From assembly GCA_965261395.1 (NCBI GenBank), contig OZ253462.1, forward strand, positions 5,824,001 through 5,888,000: a DNA stretch of 64,000 nt. Direction: 5' to 3'. Below the pieces are notes generated by a model that saw only the letters and a program-made list of their open reading frames with translations, made no database searches and was not told where the DNA came from. Shown piece by piece: positions 48,901 through 63,900 of the stretch; positions within the stretch are counted from its first letter, which is position 1, and every line of letters begins with the position of its first letter. The position numbers were made by a program, and so were the translations under genes. Source of the stretch: Candidatus Latescibacterota bacterium (GTDB lineage: Bacteria > Latescibacterota > UBA2968 > UBA8231).

Positions 48901-51900
48901 ATCAACTCTAGCAGATTGGTTAAGCCGGTCACCGCCGATAGATCCGCGATGCTATTGCCACTAAGATCAAGCGATGTCAGGCTGGTTAGGTTCGTCACCG
49001 CGGCGATATCTGAAATGCTGTTGTTGGGGGCATCCAACCATTCCAGCTTGGTTAGGTTCGCTACAGCGGCGATACTGGAGATGGTGTTATCGCCGATTCG
49101 CAGTTCGGTCAGGTTGGCCAATGTTGCTACGGCTGATATATCGGATACTGAATTCTCGCGGAGACCGAGATGGGTCAGTTGGGTCAATCCTGCCACGGCC
49201 GATACATTTGCTATCGAATTTTCACCAAGACGTAAATCGGTCAGGTTGGTCAACCCTGCCACGTGCGATATATCCGTGATGGCGTTGCCCCACAGATACA
49301 GTTTGGTCAGGTTGGTTAATCCCGCCACGACGGCCATATCCGCGATGTTGTTATCCCAAAGCTGTAGTTCGGTCAGATTGGTCGCGGTTTCCAGTCCGGT
49401 CAGATCGCTAATGGCGGCGTCTTGTGCGGACAGGGCTGTCAGTGTTGCCATCTCGGCTGCGGAGATGGGGTCTCCAGATGTTTTGCCGAGGGCGGTTTCA
49501 ATCTTAGCGCGGAGATTGGCGTCGGGGATGGTCAGCGTCACTGCCACCTCACCGATGACTTCTAGCGGCAGGTCGGTAGATTTGACGAGGGCATAGCCGG
49601 AATGGTTTGCAGGCAGCCCCGGCAAGGTGCCAATGTCCACGGTGACCGCCGCGGTTGTGCCGGGGGTGCGCACCACGGTGAGGAGTTGGCTTTCCACACC
49701 GCCGGCGGGTATCGTGATAGTCGTCGCGCCACCGCTGATGTCTCCATTCGCAACGGTGAGCGGTAGCACAAGGTCAAACGGCGCACCGGACGGGGCCACC
49801 GCCTTGACCTGATCCGCGCCAACCTTCTCTAACGACACGGTAAGCGACAGCGGATCCACCGAGTTACCATACAAGTACAGCGTCGCCAGCGACGACAGCC
49901 CGTCAAACAGACCATCGGGCAGCGTCGTCAACTGGTTGCCGTTTAAGTAGAGCATGGTCAGCGCGCCCAACCCGTCAAACAGGCCGGCCGGTAGCGTCGT
50001 CAACTGGTTGTCATACAGGCGCAGTTCCGTCAAGCTGGTGAGATCCTCGAAATCGCCGGCTTGCAGGGTGGTAATGCCCTGACCGTTCAGGAACAGACTC
50101 GTAATATCGGAGGTCAGATGCGCCTTGGTTACCTCGCCGCAGGTGCTTACGCCCGGCACCACGGCCACAATCGCGTCGCGCACTTGCGGGGTGCGGTCGC
50201 AGACCGGGATTAGGCTTTCGTCTAGGTCGGTGACATTGATGGTGACGTTGATGGTGTCGGTGAGGCTGCCATCGGAGACGGTGACGACCACCGAATAGGA
50301 AGACGTTGTCTCGTAGTCGAGTGCCGCACTGGTTTGTACCTGCCCGGTCGTACTATCAATGGCAAACGCAGCCGCATCGGTGCCGCCGAGGGTGTAGGTC
50401 AGCACCTCGTTGTCCGCGTCTGTGGCGGCTATGGCCGCGCCGAGGTTGACACCGGCCACTGTATTCTCCGCAACAGAAAGCGTCGTGCTAACTCCATCGG
50501 TGAACTCTGGGGCGTTGTTTGATGCAACCGCACTCGTTGTGACTTCAATCGTGCCTTGAGAGACTGCGCCGTTTGCAATGATACAATCTACTGCTGCGAC
50601 GCAGGTGTATGTTCCATTATCTGCAGTTACTGCTCTTCCACTTCCGATTGTAAGGCGTGCGGTCTGGAATCCCGTGGGGAGTAGAATGGTATCACCGACA
50701 TTGTATGTGGTAACCTCAGTACCTTCGCCAACAGCGGTGTCGGTCGTGGTCGCCTCGGCGGTAAAGGTCTCCGACTGGGCAATGCCTTGGGCACTCGCGC
50801 GAACCGTGTTAGTGCCGGCGCTGTTGCCAAGCGTTAGCGTACTCTCTGCTTGGCCGTTGGCATCGGTCGCGGTGCTCGTGGCACTAAGAGTGCCGCCAGC
50901 GGTGACGGCAAACGTCACCGGCACGCCCGCAAACGCGGCACTTTCCCCATCCTGCACCTCAATGACAAACGGATCCGGCAAGGCGGTACCGGACGTACCC
51001 TGCTGGCTATCGCCCGATACTTTCGCAAGGGTCGTCGGTGTGCGGTTGTCGAAGTCTATGAAAACACTTCTCGCCTGTAGAGCTGGGATGTGGGTATAGA
51101 TGGACGGGTAGTCCAACAGATTGCCCTGCACATCAATCTCGTTGTCTGCTCCCAACCCCGTATTGGCCACCAACGGCGAGAGGTCGGATACGGCGTTTTC
51201 AGCAAGATACAACTCTAGCAGCTTGGTTAAGCCGGCCACCGCCGATAGATCCGCGATGCTATTGCCACTAAGATCAAGCGAGGTCAGGTTGGTGAGGTTC
51301 GCCACCACGGCGATATCGGAGATGCTGTTGTTGGGCGCATCCAGCCATTCCAGCTTGGTTAGGCTCGCCACCGCGGCGATACTGGAGATGGTGTTATCGC
51401 CGATTCGCAGTTCTGTTAGGTTGGTCAAGCCCGCTACAGCGGCCATATCGGATACCGAATTCTCGCGGAGATCTAAATGGGTCAGGTTGGTCAATCCTGC
51501 CACATGAGATGCATTTGCTATGGAGTTTTCGCCCAGCCGCAGATCGGTCAGGTTGGTCAACCCTGCTACGTGCGATAGATCCGCGATGGCGTTGCCCCAC
51601 AGATACAGTTTGGTCAGGTTGGTTAATTCCGCCACGGCAGCAATATCCGAGATTTCGTTATCCCAAAGCTGTAGTTCGGTCAGATTGGTCGCGGTCTCAA
51701 GGCCGGTCAGATCGCTAATGGAGGCATCTTGTGCGGCAAGGGATGTCAAGGTTGCCATCTCGGCTGGGGAGATGGGGTCTCCGGACGTTTTGCCGAGGGC
51801 GGTTTCAATGTTGGCGCGGAGATTGGCGTCGGGGATGTTTACGGCCGCGGTATTGGGAGTCGTTGCACTGATGATTTCTAATGGCAGGTCGGTGGATTTG

Positions 51901-54900
51901 CCGAGGGCATAGCCGGAATGGTTTGCAGGCAGCCCCGGCAAGGTGCCCATGTCCATGGTGACCGCAGCCGTCGTACTGGGGGTGCGGGTCACGGTGATCG
52001 GTAGGCTTTCCAGGCTGCCGGCGGGTATCGTGATGCTGGTTGCGCCGCTGATGCTGCCGTTCGTAACGGTGAGCGGTAGGACGATCTCAAAGGGTGCACC
52101 GGTGGGTGCTATTGCCTTGACCTGATCCGTTCCCACCTTCTCTAAGGACACCGTAAGGAGTAGGGGGTCCACCGAGTTGCCGTACAAGCGGAGCTGTGTC
52201 AGCGTGGTTAGTCCGTCAAACAGACCCTCGGGCAGCGTCGATAACTGGTTGCCGTTCAGGAAGAGTTCTTCCAGTGCGGTCAGTCCGTCAAACAAGCCCT
52301 CGGGTAGCCCCGTCAACTGGTTGCCTTGCAGCCAGAGCGTTGTCAGTGCGTCGAGGTGGTCAAAGAGGCCTGTAGGTAAGGAACTCAACTGGTTGCCTTG
52401 CAGCCAGAGCGTTGTCAGTGCGTCGAGGTGGTCAAAGAGGCCTGCAGGTAAGGAACTCAACTGGTTGCCTTGTAGCCAGAGCGTTGTCAGCGAGATCAGT
52501 CCATCAAAATCACCGGCTTTCAGTGCTGTGATGTTCCTGTTTTGCAAGTTAAGTCCTAAAATCGCCACGAGGTGAGTCTCGGTCACCTGCGCGCAGTCTG
52601 AGATGCCACTAATGTTATCGAGTATGGCATCTCGTACCTGCGGCGTGCGATCGCAGACCGGAGTGATCGCTGTGCCTGGAGGAAGTTGTGGTGGAGGTTC
52701 TGACTCAAGGATAAAAGGCACTTGCTTACTATTCCCATTCGTATCGACTGCCACGACATAAATGGAGTGCTGATTAACTGCGGCGTCAAATCTCCAAGCA
52801 AAATTGAATTCAACGACGGTATCTGTTTCACCGGCCAATCCACGACACTCTCTTACTGCGGGGGTGGGGGGGTGCGAGGGATCTCGGGGTTGAGAGAGTA
52901 GAATTACCTGATGAAGTCCATCATCATCGCGGACCCTCAGTTGGACGGACACGCTCACTGACCCGAATGGATATGTTGCAGATGAAATCAGTTCAACCGT
53001 GGGCGGTGATTCGTTTTCAAGTGGGATATCCGAATCGAAGTAGGGATTCACGGCTAAAAAATCGGCAGCGCACACAGATAATTGGCCAGATTCCCGATCT
53101 GCCCATCCATACGACATGATGTACGCATTAGATCTGAAATCGTGTCGCAAGTCGAAGGCGTGTCCGAGTTCATGAGCCGCAGTAGACCAATCCCATTCTT
53201 CATAAAGTGTCACCTTTCCGCTCTCTTTGCTTGGGGGGTATGAGTGTCCCAGAATAGTAGAAGATCTACTCGCGTCCATGACTATTAGTATGACGTTTGC
53301 AGAGTTATCGTACGCTCGGTTAATCTCACCCTGCGTAAAATAATGTCTGCTGATGTAATAGCTTTCGGGGTAGTCTCCATCCACGCGATGAACGATCAGA
53401 TCGCCTTGGTCATCGGTTTCAATCTGAAAAGTTTTGTTCCCGTATCCATGCGTCTCCATCTGCTCAGCATAGAAGGACTGGACCTCGAGAATCCCCGTTT
53501 TCATCGCCTCAACCACCTCGGCGCGATACGTCCGGTCATTGGGCAAGAAGTAGAAGAGGCGCACGGTGCGCGGTTCGCCGACCTCTTCGGGTTGTTCGGG
53601 TGAGTCAGGCTCCTGAACAATGCTCTCTTCGACCTCCCCTATGTCGGAAACGTTGAACACTAGCGGCAGGTCGCTGGATTTGACGAGGGCATAGCCGTTG
53701 TGATTTGTGGGTAGCTCCGGCAACGTGCCAATGTCCACGGTGACCGCAGCCGTCGTGCCGGAGGTGTGCACCACGGTGAGAGATTCGCTTTCTAGGCTGC
53801 CGGCGGGTATCGTGATGGTGGTTGCGCCGCCGCTGATGCTGCCGTTGGTAACGGTGAGCGGCAGGACGATCTCAAAGGGTGCGCCAGTGGGTGCTACGGC
53901 TTTGACCTGATCCGTTCCCACCTTCTCTAAGGACACCGTAAGCGGCAGCGGGTCCACGGCGTTGCCATACAAGTAGAGCGTGGTCAGCGACGATAGCCCG
54001 TCAAACAGGCCCTCGGGCAGCGTCGATAACTGGTTGTCGTTCAAGTAGAGCCTCGTCAGCCCGGTCAGCCCGTCAAAGATACCCGCCGGTAGCGTCGTCA
54101 ACTGGTTGTCGTACAGGCGGAGTTCTGTCAAGCTGGTGAGATCCTCGAAATCGCCGGCTTGCAGGGTGGTAATGCCCTGACCGTCCAGGAACAGACTCGT
54201 AATATCGGAGGTCAGATGCGCCTTGGTTACCTCGCCGCAGGTGCTTACGCTCGGCACCGCGGCCACAATCGCGTCGCGCACCTGCGGGGTGCGGTCGCAG
54301 ACCGGGATCAGGCTTTCGTCTAGGTCGGTGACGTTGATGGTGACGTTGATGGTGTCGGTGAGGCTGTCATCGGAGACGGTGACGACTACCGAATAGGAAG
54401 ACTTTGTCTCGTAGTCGAGTGCGGCGTTGGTTTTCAACTGCCCTGTTGCGCTATCAATGGCAAATGCAGCCGCATCGGTGCCACCGAGGGTGTAGGTGAG
54501 CACGTCATTGTCCGCGTCCGTGGCGGCTATGGCCGTGCTGATGTTGACGCCGGCTGACGTGTTCTCCGCTATGGTGCGGGTGATGTTGGCCCCGTCGGTG
54601 AACACCGGGGCGTTATTCGTTGTTGTCGGCGGTTCTTCGCTTCCCGCACCTATCACTCGAACTATACCTTTAGTGACGCGCGTGTCTTCAATCGTACACC
54701 CTTCAGTACTTGCGCAGGTGTATGTGATCCCATCCTTTACTATTTCCCCCGCATTATTGAACTCAATAGTGACCTTGCCTCCACTAAAAGAAAAGGCCGC
54801 TTGTCTGGTCTCATCTGGCGTCCAAAATCCGGTCGGCAGCGTTGGGACCTCTTCACCGGACGCGTATGTAGTCTCACTGAGCGGTTCATCGTCTGCTATA

Positions 54901-57900
54901 TCGGTGTCGGTCGTTGTCGCCTCGGCGGTAAAGGTCTCCGTCTGAGAAATGCCTTGGACACTCACTTGAACCGTGTTGGTGCCAGCGCTGTTTCCAAGCG
55001 TCAGCGTACTCGCCGCTCTGCCGTTGGCATCGGTCGCGGTGCTCGTGGCACTCAGCGTGCCTCCACCTGCGGTGATGGCAAAAGCCACCGGCACTCCTAC
55101 AAACGCGCCGCTATTGGCATCCTGCACTTCAACCACAAACGGCTGTGCTAGTGCGGTACCGGACGTGCCCTGCTGGCTATCTCCCGATACTTTCGCAAGT
55201 GTCGTAGGCGTTCGGTTGTCAAATTCTATGAAAATGCTTCTCGCCTGTAGGGCCGGAATGTGGGTGTAGATGGACGGGTAGCTCAACGGATTGCCCTGCA
55301 CATCAATCTCAGTGTTTTCTCCCAACCCCGTATTTGATACTAACGGCGAGAGGTCGGATACCGCGTTTTCAGCAAGAAACAACTCTAACAGGTCGGTTAA
55401 GCCCGCTACAGCCGATAGATCCGAGATGCTATTTCCACTCATAGTGAGTGAGGTTAGGCTGGTGAGGTTCGCCACCGCGGCTAGGTCTGAGATGCTGTTG
55501 TTGGGCGCATCCAGCCAGACTAGGTTGGTCAGGTTCGCCACCGCGGCGATACTGGAGATGGTGTTATCGCCGATTCGCAGTTCGGTCAGGTTGGTCAAGC
55601 CCACCACAGCAGCAATATCGGATACCGAATTCTCGCGGAGATATAGATGGGTCAGGTTGGTCAATGCGGCCACGGCCGATACATTTGCTATCGAGTTTTC
55701 GCCAAGACGTAGATCGGTCAGGTTAGTCAATGCGGCTACGTGCGATATATCCGTGATGGCGTTGCCCCACAGATACAGTTTGGTCAGGTTGGTTAATCCC
55801 GCCACAGCGGATATGTTCGAGATTTCGTTATCCCAAAGCTGTAGTTCGGTCAGATTGGTCGCGGTTTCCAGTCCGGTCAGATCGCTAATGGAGGCGTCTT
55901 GTGCGGCAAGGGAGGTTAGCGTTGCCATCTCGGCTGCGGAGATGGGGTCTCCAGACGTTTTGCCGAGGGCGGTTTCGATGTTGGCGCGGAGATTGGCGTC
56001 GGGGATGTTTACGGCCGCGGTATTGGGAGTCGTTGCACTGATGACTTCTAGCGGCAGGTCGGCGGATTTGACGAGTTCGTAGCCGGAGTGGTTTGTCGGC
56101 GGCCTCGGCAAGGTGCCAATGTCCATGGTGACCGCTGCCGTCGTACTGGGGGTGCGGGTCACGGTGAGCGGTTGGCTTTCCAAGCTGCCGGCGGGTATCG
56201 TGATGGTGGTTGCGCCGCTGCTGAGGCCGCCATTCGCAACGGTGAGCGGCAGGACGATCTCAAACGGCGCACCGGCAGGGGCCACGGCCTTGACCTGATC
56301 CGCGCCAACCTTCTGTAAAGACACGGTAAGCGGCAGGGGATCCACCGAGTTGCCATACAAGTAGAGCGTCGTCAGCGCCGACAATCCGTCAAACAGGCCG
56401 TCCGGTAGCGTCGATAACTGGTTGCCGTTCAAGTAAAGCGTCGTCAGCGCGGTCAGCCCGTCAAACAGGCCATCTGGCAGCGTCGTCAACTGGTTGTCAT
56501 ACAGGCGGAGTTCCTGCAAGCTGGTCAGGCCCTCGAAGTCGTCGGCTTGCAGGGCGGTAAGGCTCTGACCGTTCAGGAACAGACTCGTAATCCCGGTGGC
56601 CACCTGCGCCGCCGTCACCTCCGCGCAGGTGCTGGGACTGGGGTTTTGTGCCTGTAGCCCAGCCAAAATAGCGGTTTGCACCTGCGAGGTGCGGTCACAA
56701 ATCCCTCCTGCCAAAAGACTGAATATTTCTAGCGGCAAGTCGTCGGATTTGACGAGGGCATAGCCGGAATGGTTTGTGGGCAGCCCCGGCAAGGTGCCAA
56801 TGTCCACGGTGACGGCAGCAGTTGTACCGGGAGTGCGCGTCACCGTGAGCGGTTGGCTTTCCAGACTGCCGGCGGGTATCGTGAGAGTGGTTGCACCGCC
56901 GCTAATGCTGCCGTTGGTAACGGTGAGTGGCAGGACCATATCAAAGGGTGCGCCGGACGGTGCCACGGCTTTGACCTGATCCGCTCCAACCTTCTCTAAG
57001 GACACGGTAAGCGGCAGCGGGTTCACTGCGTTGCCATCCAAGTAGAGCGATGTCAGCGACGACAGTCCCGAAAATACACCCGCTGGTAGCGTGCTCAACT
57101 GGTTGCCGGCCAGGTGGAGCCCTCCCAGCGCGTTGAGGTTGTCAAAGATGCCCTCGGGCAGCGTGGTCAACCTGTTGGAAGCCAAGCCATGTCAGTGCGG
57201 AGAGGTTGTCAAAGATACCTTCTGGCAGCGTGGTCAACCTGTTGAGAGCCAAGCCAAGCGTTGTCAGTGAGTTGAGTCCGTCAAAGATGCCCTCGGGCAG
57301 CTTGGTCAATTGGTTGTTTTCCAAGCCAAGCCATGTCAGTGCGGAGAGGTTGTCAAAGATGCCCTCGGGCAACGAACTCAACTGGTTGTCCTGCAGGTTG
57401 AGCACTCTCAGCGCGTTGAGTCCGTCAAAATCGCCGGCTTGCAGGGCGGTAATGCTCTGACCTTTCAGGAACAGACTCGTAATATCGGAGGTCAGATGCG
57501 CCTTGGTTACCTCGCCGCAGGTGCTTACGCCCGGCACCACGGCCACAATTGCGTCGCGCACCTGCGGGGTGCGGTCGCAGACCGGGATTAGGCTTTCGTC
57601 TAGGTCGGTGACGTTGATGGTGACGTTGATGGTGTCGGTGAGGCTGCCATCGGAGACGGTGACGACCACCGAATAGGAAGACGTTGTCTCGTAGTCGAGT
57701 GCCGCACTGGTTTGTACCTGCCCGGTCGTACTATCAATGGCAAACGCAGCCGCATCGGTGCCGCCGAGGGTGTAGGTGAGCACCTCGTTGTCGGCGTCTG
57801 TGGCGGCTATGGCCGCGCCGAGGTTGACGCCGGCCACTGTATTCTCCGCAACAGAAAGCGTCGTGCTCGCTCCATCGGTGAACTCTGGGGCGTTGTTTGA

Positions 57901-60900
57901 TGCAACCTCACCCGTTGTGACTTCAATCGTGCCTTGAGAGACTGCGCCGTTTGCAATGATACAATTTACTGCTGCGACGCAGGTGTATGTTCCATTAGCG
58001 GCAGATATTGTTCTTCCATTTCCGATTGTAAGGCGTGCGGTCTGAAATCCCGTGGGAAGTGGAATGGTATCACCGACATTGTATGTGGTAACCTCAGTAC
58101 CTTCGCCAACAGCGGTGTCGGTCGTGGTCGCCTCGGCGGTAAAGGTCTCCGACTGGGCAATGCCTTGGACACTTACTTGAACCGTGTTGGTGCCGGCGCT
58201 GTTGCCAAGCGTCAGCGTGCTCTGTGCTTGGCCGTTGGCATCGGTCGCGGTACTTGTCTCACTCAGCGTGCCGCCGCCGGCAGTGACGGCGAATACCACC
58301 GGCACTCCTGCAAACGCAGCACTTTCCCCATCCTGCACTTCAACCACAAACGGCTGCGCCAGGGCGGTACCGGACGTACCCTGCTGGCTATCGCCCGATA
58401 CTTTCACCAGTGTCGTCGGCGTGCGGTTGTCAAAGTCTATGAAAACACTTCTCGCTTGTAGGGCTGGGATGTGGGTATAGATGGATGGGTAGTCCAACGG
58501 ATTGCCCAGCACATCAATCTCCGTGTCCGCTCCCAACCCCGTATTGGCCACCAACGGCGAGAGATCGGATACGGCGTTTTCTGCAAGATACAAATCTAGC
58601 AGCTTGGTTAAGCCGGCCACCGCCGATAGATCCGAGATGCTGTTGCCACTCATAGTGAGGGATGTCAGGTTGGTGAGGTTTGTCACCGCGGCGATATCGG
58701 AGATGCGGTTGTTGGGCGCATCCAGCCATTCCAGGTTAGTCAGGTTCGCCACCGCGGCGATACTGGAGATGGTGTTATCGCCGATTCGTAGTTCGGTCAG
58801 CTTGGTTAATCCCGCCACAGCAGCAATATCGGATACCGCATTCTCGCGGAGGCCTAGATGGGTCAGGTTAGTCAGGTTCGCCACCGCCGAGATGTTTGCT
58901 ATCGAGTTTTCGCCAAGACGTAGATCGGTCAGGTTGGTCAATGCGGCCACGTGCGATATATCCGTGATGGCGTTGCCCCACAGATACAGTTTGGTCAGCT
59001 TGGTTAATCCCGCCACGGCAGCAATATCCGAGATTTCGTTATCCCAAAGCTGTAGTTCGGTCAGATTGGTCGCGGTCTCAAGGCCGGTCAGATCGCTAAT
59101 GGAGGCATCTTGTGCGGCAAGGGATGTCAAGGTTGCCATCTCGGCTGGGGAGATGGGGTCTCCGGACGTTTTGCCGAGGGCGGTTTCAATGTTGGCGCGG
59201 AGATTGGCGTCGGGGATGTTTACGGCCGCGGTATTGGGAGTCGTTGCACTGATGATTTCTAATGGCAGGTCGTCGGATTTGCCGAGGGCATAGCCGGAAT
59301 GGTTTGCAGGCAGCCCCGGCAAGGTGCCAATGTCCACGGTGACCGCCGCGGTTGTGCCGGGGGTGCGCACCACGGTGAGGGGTTGGCTTTCCAAGCTGCC
59401 TGCGGGAACCGTGATCGTGGTTGCGCCACCGCTGAGGCTGCCATTCGCAACGGTGAGCGGCAGGACGATCTCAAACGGCGCACCGGACGGTGCCACGGCT
59501 TTGACCTGATCCGTGCCAACTTTCTCTAAGGACACGGTAAGTGGTAGTGGATCCACCGAGTTGCCATACAAGTAGAGCGTCGCCAACGACGCCAGTCCGT
59601 CAAACAGACCATCGGGCAACGAACTCAACTGGTTGCCGTTCAAGTAGAGCATCGTCAGTGCGGTCAGCCCGTCGAAGAGGTCTGCTGGTAGCGTCGTCAA
59701 CTGGTTGTCATACAGGCGGAGTTCCGCTAAGCTGGTGAGATCCTCGAAATCGCCAGCTTGCAGGGTGGTAATGCCCTGACCGTTCAGGAACAGACTCGTA
59801 ATATCGGAGGTCAGATGCGCCTTGGTTACCTCGCCGCAGGTGCTGGGACTCGGGGTCTGTGACTGTAGCGCCCTCAAAATCGTGGTTTGCACCTGTGGGG
59901 TGCGCCCGCAGATGCCGGCGGTGGAGGCGGTCGCCGTCACGGTGGCGATGTCGGGGGCGGGGGCGGTGCCGGTGGCACCCGACGGCACGGCGGTCACGGT
60001 GAGAGTGAAGGTAAGTTCGGTGCCCTCCGTCAGCGCCGGGATCGTCACCACCGGCGTGGCGCTCGTGTCATCGTCAAACGTCACCGTCACCCCGCTCGCC
60101 GGGCTGGTCAGCGCCCAGCCATAGGTCACATTCGTGCCCCACGGCCCGCCGCTGCCGCTGCCATCGAGCGTCACCGTGCCCCCGGCGACGGGAATCGTTC
60201 CGTCATCGGGCAGGGCCACTGCCTTGGGCGCGAACGGTGCCCCGGGATTGTCCGACAGATCCAGCCCCGTCAGCGCGGTCAGCCCGGCGAACACCCCGGC
60301 GGGAAGCGTGGTCAGATCGTTGCCGCCCAGAAGCAGGAGCTCCAGCGCGGTCAGCCCGTCGAACACCCCGGCGGGAAGCGTGGTCAGATCGTTGCCGGGT
60401 AGCCACAACTCCGTCAGCGCGGTCAGCCCGTCGAACACCCCGACGGGAAGCGTGGTCAGCGCGTTGCCCTGCAGATCCAGCCCCGTCAGCGCGGTCAGCC
60501 CGGCGAACACCCCGGCGGGAAGTGTGGTCAGCGCGTTGTCGGCCAGAATCAGGAGCTCCAGCGCGGTCAGGTCCTCGAACACCCCGGCGGGAAGCGTGGT
60601 CAGCGGGTTGACTCTCAGATTCAGATTCTCCAGCGCGGTCAGCCCGGCGAAATCCCCCGCGGCGAGAGCGGTGATGCTCTCGCCGATCAGCGACAGCGTG
60701 CCGGTGATGGCGGCGAGATGGGCCTCGGTTACATCATTGCAATCGCTTACGCTTGGCACGGCGGCTACAATGGCGTCGCGCACCTGCGGGGTGCGGTCGC
60801 AGACGGGGGGCAACGTAGAGACTACAGGGGTCTCGTCTGTGTTTGATGCAACCGCACTCGTTGTGACTTCAATCGTGCCTTGAGAGATTGCGCCGTTTGC

Positions 60901-63900
60901 AATGATACAATCTACTGCTGCGACGCAGGTGTATGTTCCATTATCTGCAGTTACTGCTCTTCCACTTCCGATTGTAAGGCGAGGGGTCTGGAATCCCGTG
61001 GGGAGTGGAATGGTATCACCAACATTGTATGTGGTAACATCAGTGCCTTCGCCAACAGCGGTGTCGGTCGTTGTTGCCTCGGCGGTAAAGGTTGCCGTCT
61101 GAGAGATGCCTTGGACACTTACTTGAACCGTGTTGGTACCGGCGTTAGTCCCGAGCGTCAGCGTACTCGCCGCTTGGCCGTTGGCATCGGTCGTGGTGTT
61201 TGTCGCACTCAGCGTACCGCCGCCTGCGGTGATAGCAAACGCCACCGGCACGCCCGTAAAAGCGACGTTGTTGGCATCCTGCACTTCAACGACAAACGGC
61301 TGCGCGAGTGCTGTCTCGGGAGTGCCCTGCTGGCTATCACCCGATATTTTCACCAGTGTCGTCGGCGTGCGGTTGTCAAAGTCTATGAAAACACTTCTCG
61401 CTTGTAGGGCTGGGATGTGGGTATAGATGGATGGGTAGTCCAACGGATTGCCCTGCACATCAATCTCGTTGTCTGCTCCCAACCCCGTATTGGCCACCAA
61501 CGGCGAGAGATCGGATACGGCGTTTTCAGCAAGATACAACTCTAACAGGTTGGTTAAGCCGGCCACCGCCGATAGATCCGAGATGCTATTGCCACTAAGA
61601 TCAAGCGAGTTCAGGTTGGTGAGGTTCGCCACCACGGCGATATCGGAGATGCTGTTGTTGGGCGCATCTAGCCATACCAGGTTAGTCAGGTTCGCCACGG
61701 CAGCGATACTTGAGATGGTGTTATCGCCGATTCGCAGTTCTGTTAGATTGGTCAATGCGGCCACGGCCGATATATCCGATACCGAGTTCTCGTTGAGATG
61801 CAGATGGGTCAGTTGGGTCAATGCGGCTACGGCCGATACATTTGCTATCGAGTTTTCACCCAGCCGCAGATCGGTCAGGTTGGTCAATGCGGCCACGTGC
61901 GATAGATCCGTGATGGTGTTGCCCCACAGATACAGTTTGGTCAGCTTGGTTAATCCCGCCACCGCGGCAATGTCCGCGATGTTGTTGTCCCAAAGCTGTA
62001 GTTCGGTCAGATTGGTCGCGGTCTCCAGTCCGGTCAGATCGCTAATGGAGGCATCTTGTGCGGACAGGGAGGTTAGCGTCGCGATCTCGGCTGGGGAGAT
62101 GGGGTCTCCGGACGTTTTGCCGAGGGCGGTTTCGATTTTAGCGCGGAGATTGGCGTCGGGGATGTTTACGGCCGCGGTATTGGGAGTCGTTGCACTGATG
62201 ATTTCCAGCGGCAGGTCGGCGGATTTGACGAGGGTGTAGCCGGAATGATTGGTGGGCGGCCTCGGCAAGGTGCCGATGTCCATGGTGACGGCAGCGGTTG
62301 TGCCGGACGTGCGTACCACGGTGAGCGGTTGGCTTTCCAGGCTGCCGGCGGGTATCGTGATGCTGGTTGCACCGCCGCTGATGCTGCCATTGGTGACGGT
62401 GAGCGGTAGCACAAGGTCAAACGGCGCGCCGGCAGGTGCCACGGCTTTGACTTGATCCGCGCCAACTTTCTCTAAGGACACGGTAAGTGGCAGCGGATCC
62501 ACCGCGTTGCCATACAAGTAGAGCGTGGTCAGCGACGACAGCCCGTCAAACAGGCCCTCGGGCAGCGTCGATAGCTGGTTGCCGTTTAAGTAGAGCATGG
62601 TCAGCGCGGTCAGCCCGTCGAAGAGATCTGCCGGTAGCGCCGTCAACTGGTTGTCATACAGGCGGAGTTCTGTCAAGCTGGTCAGGCCCGCGAAATCGCC
62701 GGCTTGCAGGGCGGTAATGCTCTGACCGTTCAGGAACAGACTTGTAATTCCGGTGGCTAAGTGTGTCTCGGTTACTTCGCCGCAGGTGCTGGGACTCGGA
62801 TTCTGTTGTTGTAGCCCAGCCAAGATCGCGGTTTGCACTTGCAGGGTGCGGTCGCAGATCCCCCCTGCCAAAAGACTGAATATTTCCAGCGGCAGGTCGC
62901 TGGATTTGACGAGCGCGTACCCTTGATGGCGTCCAGATAGAACCGGTAATGGGTCTCCGATATTCACAGTAACTGCAAATGTTGTGCCGGGAGTGCGAGT
63001 AACTGTGAGGGTCTCACTTTCCACACTACCTACGGGAATCGTAAGGGTTGATGCACCGCCAGTGATGCTCCCGTTGGTAAGGGTAAGCGGCAGCACAATA
63101 TCAAACGGCACACCGCTGGGTGCGACTGCCTTGAACTGGTTTGCCCCGACCTTCTCAAGGGAAACGGTGAGGGGCAGCGGATTAACTGCATTGTCAGACA
63201 GAACGAGTTCTATCAGTGGTTCTGTGAGCCCGTCAAATACACCTGCCGGGAGCGACGTCAACGCGTTGCCACTCAGCCAGATCAATCTCAGTTCTGCGAG
63301 CCCGTCAAATATACCTGCCGGGAGCGACGTCAACGCATTGTCAGACAGATGGAGATCTCTCAGTTCTGTGAGTCCGTCAAAAATACCCTCCGGGAGCGAC
63401 GTCAACGCGTTGCCATTCAGGTAGAGCGATGTCAGCGACGAAAGTCCCGAAAATACACCCGCTGGTAGCGTGCTCAACTGGTTGTTGAACAGATTGAGGA
63501 ATGTCAGCGCGGTGAGGTTGTCAAAGACGCCCGCCGGCAACGAACTCAATTGGTTCTGGTCGAGTTCGATCCTCGTCAGCGCGGTGAGATTATCAAAGAC
63601 GCCCGCCGGCAACGAACTCAACTGGGTTTCGCCTAGGTCGAGTGTTGTCAGCGCGTTGAGGTTATCAAAGATGCCCGCCGGCAACGAACTCAAATCGTTC
63701 TCGGACAGATAGAGTGTTGTCAGCGCGTTGAGGTTATCAAATATGTCCGCCGGCAGCGAACTCAAATCGTTCTGGGACAGGTTGAGCGATGTCAAAGCAG
63801 TGAGGTTGTCAAAGATGCCCGCTGGCAACGAACTCAACGGGGTGTTGGACAGGATGAGCGTTGTCAGCGCGGTGAGTCCATCAAAATCGCCGGCTTTCAG

